Assembly (NCBI GenBank): GCA_964442455.1
Contig: CAYTZB010000001.1
Span: 85,910 to 149,909 of the forward strand
Direction of reading: 5' to 3'
DNA from: an uncultured Gammaproteobacteria bacterium
GTDB lineage: Bacteria; Patescibacteriota; Microgenomatia; UBA8517; JACQJR01
Length of the DNA stretch: 64,000 nucleotides
In this document: positions 1-8,395 of the stretch, piece after piece
Numbering within the stretch: the first letter of the stretch is position 1
How the letters are laid out: each line of letters begins with the position of its first letter
Made by a program: the position numbers and the translations under genes
Notes under the pieces: model-generated
Seen by the model: only the letters and a program-made list of their open reading frames with translations
Database searches by the model: none
Told to the model about the DNA's origin: nothing

Positions 1-302
1 CGATTAAAGCTGATTTTCAGTGGGTAGATGTTGGTGACTGGGATGTGGTATGGCAATTAACACACAAGGATAATACTGGTAATGCCATAATCCACTTAAA
101 TAGAAAGGGCGACTGGATTGGTATTGAAACAAGCGAGACGCTCGTACAAACAGAAAAGCTTCTTATTGCAACAATTGGTGTTAAGGACTTGATAATTATT
201 GAAACACACGATGCACTTTTAGTAGCCGATAAAAACAAATCCCAATTAGTGAAAGAATTAGTGAATACCTTAAAAGATGAAAGAAAAGATAAATTTCTGT
301 GA
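1..302 (+). CDS. mannose-1-phosphate guanylyltransferase / mannose-6-phosphate isomerase, C-terminal portion (5' end outside window)
   Basis: Open frame from position 3 with no stop. The motif FQWVDVGDWDVVWQ matches the FDWSDVGSWSSLWE region of ManC/GMP enzymes. It is followed by a cupin-like C-terminus (LIIIETHDALLVADKNKSQLVKELV). Confidence 0.6.
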   Translation, partial: IKADFQWVDVGDWDVVWQLTHKDNTGNAIIHLNRKGDWIGIETSETLVQTEKLLIATIGVKDLIIIETHDALLVADKNKSQLVKELVNTLKDERKDKFL

Positions 303-320
303 CTAAAAAATAGTGAAAGG

Positions 321-974
321 TTGGGTATTATGAAAGATGATTACGATACCATTAAACGAGCTATGGATATTTTTTTTGCCATTTTTCTAGGCATCATCTT
401 TTTGCCGGTTATGGCTGTGGTAGCCGTTGCAATAAAACTTACGTCCCTTGGTCCAATTTTAGCTCAAACACCAATGAGGATGGGTAAAGATGGGAAACTT
501 TTTCGTTTGTATAAGTTTCGTTCAATGGTTGCAAATGCACACGAGTTGTTGACGAATGACCCAAAATTTAGGAAACTGTATGAAGAGTACAAAAAGTCGG
601 GGTATAAATTGAGGGAAGATCCGAGAGTTACGTCGGTTGGTCGCATTATCCGCCGCCATTCTCTTGATGAGTTGCCGCAACTTTTTAATGTATTGAGGGG
701 CGAGATGAGTATTGTGGGTCCGAGACCTTATTACCTTGATGAATTGCGCGAGCAACAAAAGCGCTATTCAGGAACGCACGAGTTAGTTCGCGAGGTACTG
801 TCCGTTCGACCGGGTATCACAGGGCTCTGGCAAGTATCTGGTCGTTCAGAGATTAATTTTGAGAAACGGATTACACTGGATGCGGAGTACGCTCGCCGTA
901 AATCGCTGTTACTTGACTTGAGTATCTTAATTAAAAGCCCGTGGGTGATGATAACCGGAAAAGGAGCGGTATAA
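321..974 (+). CDS. polyprenyl-phosphate sugar transferase (bacterial sugar transferase family, short WbaP/WcaJ-like form)
   Basis: One N-terminal TM helix. Motifs YKFRSM, ELPQLFNVLRGEMSIVGPRP and GLWQVSGR are typical of Bac_transf. Confidence 0.85.
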   Translation: MGIMKDDYDTIKRAMDIFFAIFLGIIFLPVMAVVAVAIKLTSLGPILAQTPMRMGKDGKLFRLYKFRSMVANAHELLTNDPKFRKLYEEYKKSGYKLREDPRVTSVGRIIRRHSLDELPQLFNVLRGEMSIVGPRPYYLDELREQQKRYSGTHELVREVLSVRPGITGLWQVSGRSEINFEKRITLDAEYARRKSLLLDLSILIKSPWVMITGKGAV

Positions 975-980
975 TGAAGT

Positions 981-3002
981 ATGAAAAAACAAGAAGAAAT
1001 AATCGGTGAAAATTTGTTAGCAAAGGAAGAGGTCAACCAACCACAGAATTCTACGGGAGAAAGTTCCAAACCCGTTTTGCAACAACTTCCAACCATTGGA
1101 AAGAAACTGTCCATCAGCGCTCTTGCCGGAACTCTAGGGGTTGGCCAAAACAAAAAGGTATGGATAATAACAAGTGCAATAGTTCTTATCCTGCTCTTCT
1201 TTGCTATGCTCCCATTGTTTGGTGTGGTACGCGCGGTGGGTAAACTCTCGCGAACAGTCAAACAAGTTCAGGATGGTTTCCGTGCACAAGATTTAGGGTT
1301 AGTGAAGCAGGGTTTAACACAGCTTGACAGTGATCTTACTGGGTTTGAGAGAAGTTTAACGCCACTGGTGTGGGTGAGAGTTCTCCCTTGGGTTGGTCTC
1401 TATTGGCGTGATGCAAAACAAGCTACTGTCGCAGCAAGAGAGGGCATTGAGGCTGCACAGATTCTTATTCCCGCAGTTGAGCCATTTGCTGATATTTTAG
1501 GATTTGGAGGAGCTGCTCCGCCATCTGGTGAAGCGGACGGTGCAAAAACAGCGGAGGAACGTATTGACTTTATTGTTGCTTCTTTGCCCTCAGTTTTGCC
1601 AAAAATTGACGAGGTAAAAGGAAAACTTATTACTGCGCGAGATGCCATTAATACTATTGATGCTTCCCGCTACCCCGCTACATTCCGTGGGAAACAGATA
1701 CGTTCAACAGTGCTCACCTTACAAACGTTTATTAGTCAAGCGAGCTCGCTTTTGGTGGATGGTAAGCCACTCTTGGAACGTCTTCCTTACCTTCTCGGTA
1801 TGGAGGCGGAGCGCACCTACTTAGTGATATTTCAAAATGACAAAGAATTGCGTCCGACAGGCGGTTTTATGACTGCATACTCCTTAATGAAAGTCAAAAG
1901 CGGCAAAATTCAGCCGGTAAACTCAGATGATATTTACAACCTCGACAAGCGATACCGTGCCCATATCACCGCACCCAAACCCTTCCTTACCCATATTAAG
2001 CAGCCCTACGGTGCCAATCCTAATTGGCGGCTGCGGGATATGAACTGGTCGCCTGATTTTAAGACGGCAATAAGCTTATTTATTGAGGAAGCAAAGACAG
2101 CTGGGCTCAAGGAAGTAGATGGAGTTATTGCGGTTGATACTAATATACTCGTGTCACTCCTTGAGGTGACGGGCCGAATTGGTGTGCCAGAACAAGGGAA
2201 TTTCTCAGCAGAAAAAGACCCTCGCTGTGATTGCCCTCTGGTGATTTATGAGCTTGAGTCATATGCTGATGTTGAGAAACCGATTGTGTGGGATCCAAAC
2301 ACCGGTAAAATTGTGTATGGAGAAATTGTTGATAACAGAAAAGCGATACTTGGACCACTGGTTAATTCCGTTATCGCCAATTCCCTCGCGCAACCAAAAG
2401 AAAAAGTTCCTGTCCTTGCCCAAGCAGTTCTTTCGAATTTAATGGACAAGCACGTACTGTTCTACATGTTTGATGAGGATACGCAGAAAGCAATAGAGAC
2501 ATTTAACGTGGGAGGAAGAGTGAAAGATACGAAGGGAGATTATCTTCAAATTGTTGATGCAAATATTGGTGGTCGCAAAGCCAACTTGTATGTTCAGCAA
2601 GAGGTGGTAGATAAAGTTACGAAAAAGGGTGATAAAGTCGTACATGAGCTTGAAATTACCTATAAAAATCCACAAAAACATGACGGATGGCTCAATTCGG
2701 TGCTTCCTAACTTTATGCGTGTGTATGTCACACCTGGAGCAAAACTCATTTCTTCCTCTGGTGCTGGAGATATAGAGACTTCAGAGGAATTTGGTAAAAC
2801 CGTATTTAATGGATTCTTTGAACTTCGACCCGAAGGAGTAGTAAAAGTGATGCTTGAGTACGAAGTGCCCAAGGTGGGAGAGCCTTATACATATCTTGTT
2901 CAACAACAACCGGGTAAACCTGTATCACGCTATACCATTACTGTCGGAAAGGACAGCGAGGAGTTTGAACTGAAGAATGACCGGCAACTTCGTTTTCATT
3001 GA
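981..3002 (+). CDS. DUF4012-domain membrane-anchored protein
   Basis: N-terminal TM segment. Central motif RTYLVIFQNDKELRPTGGFMTAYSLMKV matches the DUF4012 family signature. Confidence 0.6.
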   Translation: MKKQEEIIGENLLAKEEVNQPQNSTGESSKPVLQQLPTIGKKLSISALAGTLGVGQNKKVWIITSAIVLILLFFAMLPLFGVVRAVGKLSRTVKQVQDGFRAQDLGLVKQGLTQLDSDLTGFERSLTPLVWVRVLPWVGLYWRDAKQATVAAREGIEAAQILIPAVEPFADILGFGGAAPPSGEADGAKTAEERIDFIVASLPSVLPKIDEVKGKLITARDAINTIDASRYPATFRGKQIRSTVLTLQTFISQASSLLVDGKPLLERLPYLLGMEAERTYLVIFQNDKELRPTGGFMTAYSLMKVKSGKIQPVNSDDIYNLDKRYRAHITAPKPFLTHIKQPYGANPNWRLRDMNWSPDFKTAISLFIEEAKTAGLKEVDGVIAVDTNILVSLLEVTGRIGVPEQGNFSAEKDPRCDCPLVIYELESYADVEKPIVWDPNTGKIVYGEIVDNRKAILGPLVNSVIANSLAQPKEKVPVLAQAVLSNLMDKHVLFYMFDEDTQKAIETFNVGGRVKDTKGDYLQIVDANIGGRKANLYVQQEVVDKVTKKGDKVVHELEITYKNPQKHDGWLNSVLPNFMRVYVTPGAKLISSSGAGDIETSEEFGKTVFNGFFELRPEGVVKVMLEYEVPKVGEPYTYLVQQQPGKPVSRYTITVGKDSEEFELKNDRQLRFH

Positions 3003-3046
3003 GGCGAATAGTTTTCATCTTCCTTGGGTTTTAATTGTCCATAACG

Positions 3047-3595
3047 ATGAGAGAGAAAACATACAAGGCTGAGGCGATTATCTTGGCCCGTCGTAATATA
3101 GGGGAGGCGGACAGGCTTCTTACGGTCTTTTCGAAGCATAATGGAAAGTTACGGATCATTGCAAAAGGAGTAAGGCGACCGACGAGTAGAAAACGAGGGT
3201 CTTTAGAGCTCTTTGCCTGCGTGCGACTTTTTCTGGTAAAAGGAAAAACGTTTGATATTGTGACCGAAGTAGAATTAAAAGAGAATTTTAATTCGTGGAG
3301 GGAGAGTTTGGTGCGTGTGGGTGTTGCCTACCATCTTGCAGAGGTGGTTAGTAAATTGACCAGAGAAGATCAAGAAAATAAAGTTGTTTATGGTATCCTC
3401 TTTAACGCTTTCTCACGATTGCACATAATAAATTATTGGCAATTGCATCATTTTATTTCGGAATTTAAGCGCCAGATTTTAGTCGAGCTTGGGTTTTTAG
3501 GAAGAAGTAAGGAGGAGAAAGAGCTTGATGACTATATCGAAGAGCTAACTCAGAGTAAACTCCGCACAAAGAGATTTTTACGCTCCCTTTCCTAA
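3047..3595 (+). CDS. recO: DNA repair protein RecO (short form)
   Basis: N-terminus KAEAIILARRNIGEADRLLTVFSKHNGKLRIIAKGVRRPTSRKRGSLELF matches the RecO N-terminal OB-fold. The ORF caller used TTG 3035; ATG 3047 is taken as the start. Confidence 0.7.
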   Translation: MREKTYKAEAIILARRNIGEADRLLTVFSKHNGKLRIIAKGVRRPTSRKRGSLELFACVRLFLVKGKTFDIVTEVELKENFNSWRESLVRVGVAYHLAEVVSKLTREDQENKVVYGILFNAFSRLHIINYWQLHHFISEFKRQILVELGFLGRSKEEKELDDYIEELTQSKLRTKRFLRSLS

Positions 3596-3676
3596 GTTTG
3601 TCTAACTTCTATATGAGAACAGAATTTGTCATCCTTCTATTTTTTTAATTTCTTTTCTGATATCATAAACTCAGGT

Positions 3677-4978
3677 ATGGTTACCATGGAAAAAATTGTG
3701 GCTCTTTGTAAGCGGCGAGGATTTGTATATCCGGGGAGTGAAATTTATGGAGGAGTGGGAGGATTTTGGGACTTTGGGCCGTTAGGTGTAGTCCTCAAAA
3801 ACAATATTAAAAAAGCATGGTGGAAGGCAATTGTAAAACAGCGAGAAGATGTCTATGGACTTGATTCTTCAATTATTCATAATCCTAAGGTATGGGAAGC
3901 CTCGGGGCATACACTTTCATTTACTGACCCTCTTGTCGAGTGTAAATCATGCCATCAAAGGTTTAGAGCTGACAAGATTAAAACAAACCCCGAAGGGGTG
4001 CCTTCGGCATGTCCAGAGTGTGGTGGAAAATTAACAGAAGTAAAGCAGTTTAACCTCATGCTTCAAACGCATGTTGGACCGGTTGAGGATTCGTCGACGT
4101 TGACCTATCTTCGTCCTGAGACAGCCCAAGGAATCTTTATCAATTTTGCGAATGTGGTAGACAGCATGCATCCCAAAATTCCATTTGGTATTGCTCAAGT
4201 GGGAAAAGGGTTCAGAAACGAGATTACCCACGGTGATTTTATTTTTAGAGATAGAGAATTTGAAATGATGGAGCTTGAGTATTTTGTAAGACCAGGAGAA
4301 GACAGCGACTGGCATGACAAATGGATTGAGAATAGAATGGCATGGCACAAAAGTATGGGTCTATCCGAAAAACATCTAAGGCTTTATGAACATCCTAAAC
4401 AGAGTTTATCTCATTATTCAAAACGTACAGTCGATATTGAATATGAATTTCCCTTTGGATGGGCAGAACTTGAGGGGATTGCAAACAGGGCGGATTTTGA
4501 TTTAAAAAATCACGAGTTACACTCGGGTCGTGATTTGTCATTTACAGATGAAGAAGGAAGTAAATTCTACCCCTTTGTTATTGAGCCATCGTTGGGTGTT
4601 GAACGCATGATGCTTGCACTGTTGTCTGAGGCGTATACCGAGGAGAAGGACCGCGTGGTATTACAACTTACCCCAAAACTCGCACCACATAAAGTTGCAG
4701 TATTTCCGTTAGTTGCCAATAAACCTGATTTAGTAAATAAAGCGCATTCTGTCTACTCACAACTTAGAACTCATAACTCATTACCAATTATTTGGGATGA
4801 TCGCGGGAACATTGGAAAGAGATATTACGCCCAAGACGAGATTGGAACACCGTGGTGCGTAACAATTGATTATCAAACTTTGGAAGATGATACCGTAACG
4901 GTGCGCGACAGGGATACAACTAAGCAGGAAAGGGTAAAGTTGGAGCAGTTGAAATCAGTTATTGACAAGAGATTATAA
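3677..4978 (+). CDS. glyQS: glycine--tRNA ligase, single-chain archaeal/eukaryote-type class II
   Basis: MEKIVALCKRRGFVYPGSEIYGGVGGFWDFGPLG is the GlyRS N-terminal signature. Class II motifs FRNE and GxERM are present. A Cys4 zinc ribbon (CKSCH...CPECGG) is inserted. The start could be ATG 3677 or ATG 3686. Confidence 0.9.
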   Translation: MVTMEKIVALCKRRGFVYPGSEIYGGVGGFWDFGPLGVVLKNNIKKAWWKAIVKQREDVYGLDSSIIHNPKVWEASGHTLSFTDPLVECKSCHQRFRADKIKTNPEGVPSACPECGGKLTEVKQFNLMLQTHVGPVEDSSTLTYLRPETAQGIFINFANVVDSMHPKIPFGIAQVGKGFRNEITHGDFIFRDREFEMMELEYFVRPGEDSDWHDKWIENRMAWHKSMGLSEKHLRLYEHPKQSLSHYSKRTVDIEYEFPFGWAELEGIANRADFDLKNHELHSGRDLSFTDEEGSKFYPFVIEPSLGVERMMLALLSEAYTEEKDRVVLQLTPKLAPHKVAVFPLVANKPDLVNKAHSVYSQLRTHNSLPIIWDDRGNIGKRYYAQDEIGTPWCVTIDYQTLEDDTVTVRDRDTTKQERVKLEQLKSVIDKRL

Positions 4979-5006
4979 ATAGTAAATAGTAAATGATACA
5001 TACCTC

Positions 5007-5735
5007 ATGAAATCGTATCTGCCCATTTTTTTATTGGTTGGAGGGTTGCTTGTTATTTCGTTGGTAGGGTTTGCAGTATTTAACCTTCGCTCCAAAGAAA
5101 CTCCAGTTGAGAATGAGGAAGAAATTGTTCCTTCTGTTCCCGCCCCCTTTATAATACTAACTCCTGATAGTGCTGGTCGTGAGCTAACACTCAATGTTTC
5201 AAAGATTGACCAAACTGCTGCGAGCCTTGAATATGAGCTTGTCTATAATACTCAAGCAAATGTCCTCCAAGGGGTGCCAGGAACGGTTGATGTAACCGGA
5301 CAAGCGAGTATTTCTCGTCAATTGACGTTAGGAACCTGCTCATCTGGTGTGTGTCGATATGATAAGGGAGTAAAAGACATCACGCTCACCATTCGTCTTC
5401 GCAATAAAAGTGGAAAACTGCTTAATAAGTTTAGTAGTGGAGTTTCCCTTTCAACGAAAGAAAAGAAGCTTTCAGCAACCGACGGAAAGTTTACGCTTAC
5501 ACTAGATAAAACACCTACGGGATATTATGTCGTTACTCAAACAGGTAGCGCTCCAAGTGGCGCTCCTGGAGAGTTGACCAGCGGTCCTTATGGAGTCTTT
5601 GCCAGCGGAGGCACGTTGCAAAGCGGCACAGTTACACTTACGGGAGTAAAAATTTATCTGTGGGATGGAAAGGCATGGCAAGAACTCAGTTCTGGGAAGA
5701 CAAAGACGTTAGGAGTGTTTATTGCTACACAATAG
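5007..5735 (+). CDS. hypothetical exported protein (N-terminal signal/TM)
   Basis: Hydrophobic N-terminus LPIFLLVGGLLVISLVGFAVF. No recognisable catalytic motif. Confidence 0.45.
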   Translation: MKSYLPIFLLVGGLLVISLVGFAVFNLRSKETPVENEEEIVPSVPAPFIILTPDSAGRELTLNVSKIDQTAASLEYELVYNTQANVLQGVPGTVDVTGQASISRQLTLGTCSSGVCRYDKGVKDITLTIRLRNKSGKLLNKFSSGVSLSTKEKKLSATDGKFTLTLDKTPTGYYVVTQTGSAPSGAPGELTSGPYGVFASGGTLQSGTVTLTGVKIYLWDGKAWQELSSGKTKTLGVFIATQ

Positions 5736-6546
5736 GTCTTGGTGCTGGTGGTCTTGCGACGGCTTCAAATCCTTTTACCCAACAACCTTGTGGGTCTTCT
5801 TGTTTTCCGCAGTAACTATAGAGAGTAAGTAATTCCTGTATAAATTTATCAAGTTTAAGACCCTTAGTTAAGAGACCTGTCTTATTATCGTAGATAATTA
5901 CTTTTTCTATTGTTTCCCTCCATGCTTGTGCCTCAGTGAGGGCAAATATATCTTTTCCATCCATAGAGAGATAGTCTCCAAATGAAATTCCCTGAGCGCG
6001 AGCGTTTTCCGCTTCGCGTTCCAAAAGTTGCCATTGCCGATACGAAGCAAAAAGATGTAGTCCCAGAGCTTCTGGTGATCTCGAACTTATCAGATTTTCA
6101 TTGGTAGTTAAGGAATATTCCCATGACTCCTCTGTCGGGAACTGCACGCCACCCCACAGTGGGCGAGGAAGTGGGGGGTCAAATGTCTGGCCGTTAAATG
6201 CGTTTTCCGTAAAATAAAGATTGAGTTTCCAGCCAAGGGTGGGTATAGTATTTCCTGCTTCTTGTAGTTTTGGGTGCGGCGACTCCATGAGTGTAAGGAT
6301 TGCGATACCCAATTGGGTATTAATTTCTCGCACTGCACTATCTATCCGCCATTCAGCGGGAGCAGGAGAGAAAAATTGAGGAAGTTTTTCTGCAAGGGTA
6401 TACAGTGTGCGAGTGTCTTGAAACTCGTGTTGTGCTGAAAATTTTTCAAATACGGCTCTTATTCCAATAGTCCCCGCAAGGAACGTTAGTCCTGCAAAGA
6501 GAACACGCCATCTTGTGTCAATTTGCCCAAGCCGTTCTCTATTCAT
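5725..6546 (-). CDS. hypothetical membrane-anchored protein
   Basis: 273-aa ORF convergent with the preceding gene. The TM helix LFAGLTFLAGTIGI lies near the N-terminus. Confidence 0.45.
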   Translation of the reverse strand: MNRERLGQIDTRWRVLFAGLTFLAGTIGIRAVFEKFSAQHEFQDTRTLYTLAEKLPQFFSPAPAEWRIDSAVREINTQLGIAILTLMESPHPKLQEAGNTIPTLGWKLNLYFTENAFNGQTFDPPLPRPLWGGVQFPTEESWEYSLTTNENLISSRSPEALGLHLFASYRQWQLLEREAENARAQGISFGDYLSMDGKDIFALTEAQAWRETIEKVIIYDNKTGLLTKGLKLDKFIQELLTLYSYCGKQEDPQGCWVKGFEAVARPPAPRPIV

Positions 6547-6672
6547 GAAAGTGTGAGATACTCACAAAAAAAACCTGGCTGATGCCAGACTTTTACAAAC
6601 CCAAAGTACCTTTTTATATTTATACCACATTTTGTACTAAAAGTCAACACCCCGATAGTGGAATTTCCCCTC

Positions 6673-6701
6673 TTGACAAGTGCGTGAAAACCCTTCAAAA
6701 T
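6673..6701 (+). promoter_or_regulatory. putative dcw/mraZ promoter: TTGACA, 17-nt spacer, CAAAAT
   Basis: Perfect -35 TTGACA at 6673-6678. The 17-nt spacer is followed by the -10-like CAAAAT at 6696-6701. Upstream context is CCCCTCTTGACA. Confidence 0.4.
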
Positions 6702-6723
6702 GGAGAAAAGTGGGGAAAAGTGG
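6697..6723 (+). promoter_or_regulatory. three direct MraZ-box-like repeats (AAAATGG, AAAGTGG, AAAGTGG) with 10-bp phasing
   Basis: Repeats start at 6697, 6707 and 6717 and overlap the -10 and TSS. They resemble the AAAGTG[GT] MraZ box of Firmicutes/Mollicutes and the phased TGGGN repeats of E. coli Pmra. Confidence 0.45.
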
Positions 6724-6762
6724 AGGACGTCAAACGTCCTAAAGGAAATCTGCCCGTATGAA

Positions 6763-7209
6763 GTGCTCATTGGATATTACCTTACCAAACTGGATGAGAA
6801 AGGACGGCTGGCAGTTCCCAAGCGGTTCAGGGGAGAGCTTGGGGAAAAGCTTGTCGCTGCCCGCTGGTATGAGGGCTGTATCCTTTTGGTGGATAGGAAA
6901 GTATGGCAAAGTTTGGTCGCTCGTCTTACCGGGGGTGAACTTGCCACCCTCTCTGCTCGGGATACTGACAGGTTTTTGCTTGCTGGCTCTTTTGAAATTG
7001 ACTTGGACAAACAAGGCAGGTTTGTAGTGCCTGAGTCATTACGAGGGTATGCACAACTCGCCCAAGAGGTTGTATGTGCAGCATTAGGAGATAGGGTAGA
7101 ACTATGGAGCAAGAGTGCATGGGAAGAACGGGAGAAAGTGTTGTTGAAAGAATCAGGTGAGAAGATAGAAAAGTTGTATAGGGAGAGAAAGGGAAATGCG
7201 CGAACATGA
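6763..7209 (+). CDS. mraZ: transcriptional regulator MraZ
   Basis: Two DxxGR(L/F)xVP repeats (LDEKGRLAVP, LDKQGRFVVP). GTG 6763 gives the canonical M-L-I-G-Y N-terminus. The in-frame ATG 6700 lies inside the promoter and operator. Confidence 0.8.
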   Translation: MLIGYYLTKLDEKGRLAVPKRFRGELGEKLVAARWYEGCILLVDRKVWQSLVARLTGGELATLSARDTDRFLLAGSFEIDLDKQGRFVVPESLRGYAQLAQEVVCAALGDRVELWSKSAWEEREKVLLKESGEKIEKLYRERKGNART

Positions 7210-8101
7210 ACCGGTTTTACTTAATGAAGTTCTAGAGTTTTTGAACGTTAAAAATGGTGGTCGCTACATTGATGCGACAGTCGGTGCTGGAGGACATGCA
7301 GGAGAGATTTGTCGTAGAGGTGGTAAAGTTTTGGGAATGGATTGGGACAAGGAGTCATTGGCTATAGCGAAACGACATCTTAAGGACGTCTGCCCTGATG
7401 TCGTTTTAGTACATGCAAATTTCGGCAAGATTGCCGATGTTGCCAAAGTTCATGGGTTTGTCCCGGTAGACGGAGTGCTCTTTGATCTCGGTATTTCGAG
7501 TATGCAATTGAAAGACGAGCGGCGTGGCTTTTCTTTTCAAACTGATGCACCGCTTGACATGCGGATGAATAAAAAAGAGCAAGGTGTAACAGCCGCTGAT
7601 CTGCTAAACGGTTTGCGAGAGGACCAGTTGTATGAATTATTTATTCAAACGACTCAAAAAAACGTTGCTCGGGCAGTTGCTCGTGCTGTTGTTCGCTCCC
7701 GTAGAAATAAGAGAGTTGAGCGGACGAGCGAATTAGTTAATTTAGTGAGTCAAGTTTATTCCGCCAGGAACAAGCTTGCTTACAGAGGGAGAGCAAGAAA
7801 GATTAGCCCGGCAACGACAATTTTTCTGGCACTCCGGATGGCAGTTAATTCGGAGCTTGAAAATTTAGAAAAAGGACTTGAGGGAGCTCTCAATGTACTG
7901 GGTTTTGGGGGAAAACTTGTTGTTATCAGTTTTCATTCCGGAGAGGATAGAATTGTTAAAAATTTCTTAAGAGAAAAACAAAAAAGTGGCATGTTACACA
8001 TTTTGACCAAAAAGCCGCTAACGCCGCAAGACGCGGAAATACAAAAGAATCCAAGAGCCCGGAGCGCAAAACTGCGCACAGGAGAAAAATTAAGAATATG
8101 A
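7196..8101 (+). CDS. rsmH: 16S rRNA (cytosine1402-N4)-methyltransferase RsmH (MraW)
   Basis: Motifs HEPVLLNEVLEFL, IDATVGAGGHA, FDLGISSMQLD and SFHSGEDRIVK. Confidence 0.95.
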   Translation: MREHEPVLLNEVLEFLNVKNGGRYIDATVGAGGHAGEICRRGGKVLGMDWDKESLAIAKRHLKDVCPDVVLVHANFGKIADVAKVHGFVPVDGVLFDLGISSMQLKDERRGFSFQTDAPLDMRMNKKEQGVTAADLLNGLREDQLYELFIQTTQKNVARAVARAVVRSRRNKRVERTSELVNLVSQVYSARNKLAYRGRARKISPATTIFLALRMAVNSELENLEKGLEGALNVLGFGGKLVVISFHSGEDRIVKNFLREKQKSGMLHILTKKPLTPQDAEIQKNPRARSAKLRTGEKLRI

Positions 8102-8394
8102 TGAAATTGCCTACCATTACTCAATATTCAGCCTTGCTTGTTGTTGTTCTTTTAGTCGTACAAATTCTGGTCAGCGTGATCTTTTCAAGTGCAGGTGTGA
8201 CATTAGGCGAGCTTGAAACAAAGGTCTCACAGTTGTCATTTGAAAATCAATTACTGGAAGAGAGGGTGGCGGCATCTGGGTCACTCCAAGAGATTGCGAA
8301 GCGAGCAACTGAGCTTGGATTTATATCTTCAGCCACCGCGTATCTGCCCCCAGAGACACCTCACGCACAGATACTTACCACGCAGAGCCGTTAA
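8098..8394 (+). CDS. ftsL: cell division protein FtsL-like (small bitopic membrane protein)
   Basis: Sits between rsmH and ftsI. Single TM (ALLVVVLLVVQILVSVIF) followed by a coiled-coil. Confidence 0.6.
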   Translation: MMKLPTITQYSALLVVVLLVVQILVSVIFSSAGVTLGELETKVSQLSFENQLLEERVAASGSLQEIAKRATELGFISSATAYLPPETPHAQILTTQSR

Positions 8395-8395
8395 T

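Noticed and set aside
764-1261. 165-aa minus-strand ORF overlapping the sugar transferase and DUF4012 genes, and similar antisense ORFs (for example 20285-20764, 23162-23578, 25632-26024, 26228-26614, 36817-37470, 45417-45770, 57243-57584, 62947-63300)
   Set aside because: They are entirely embedded antisense in well-supported genes with recognisable motifs and are low-complexity translations. These are treated as shadow ORFs.
6700-6762. ATG 6700 as the mraZ start (21-aa N-terminal extension)
   Set aside because: The ATG lies inside the predicted -10 hexamer and the phased MraZ-box repeats. GTG 6763 gives the canonical MraZ N-terminus.
8213-8395. Upstream in-frame extension of ftsI overlapping most of ftsL
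   Set aside because: The extension is an alternative-frame read of ftsL. ATG 8396 directly follows the ftsL stop, and the protein from there starts with the expected cytoplasmic tail and TM of a class B PBP.
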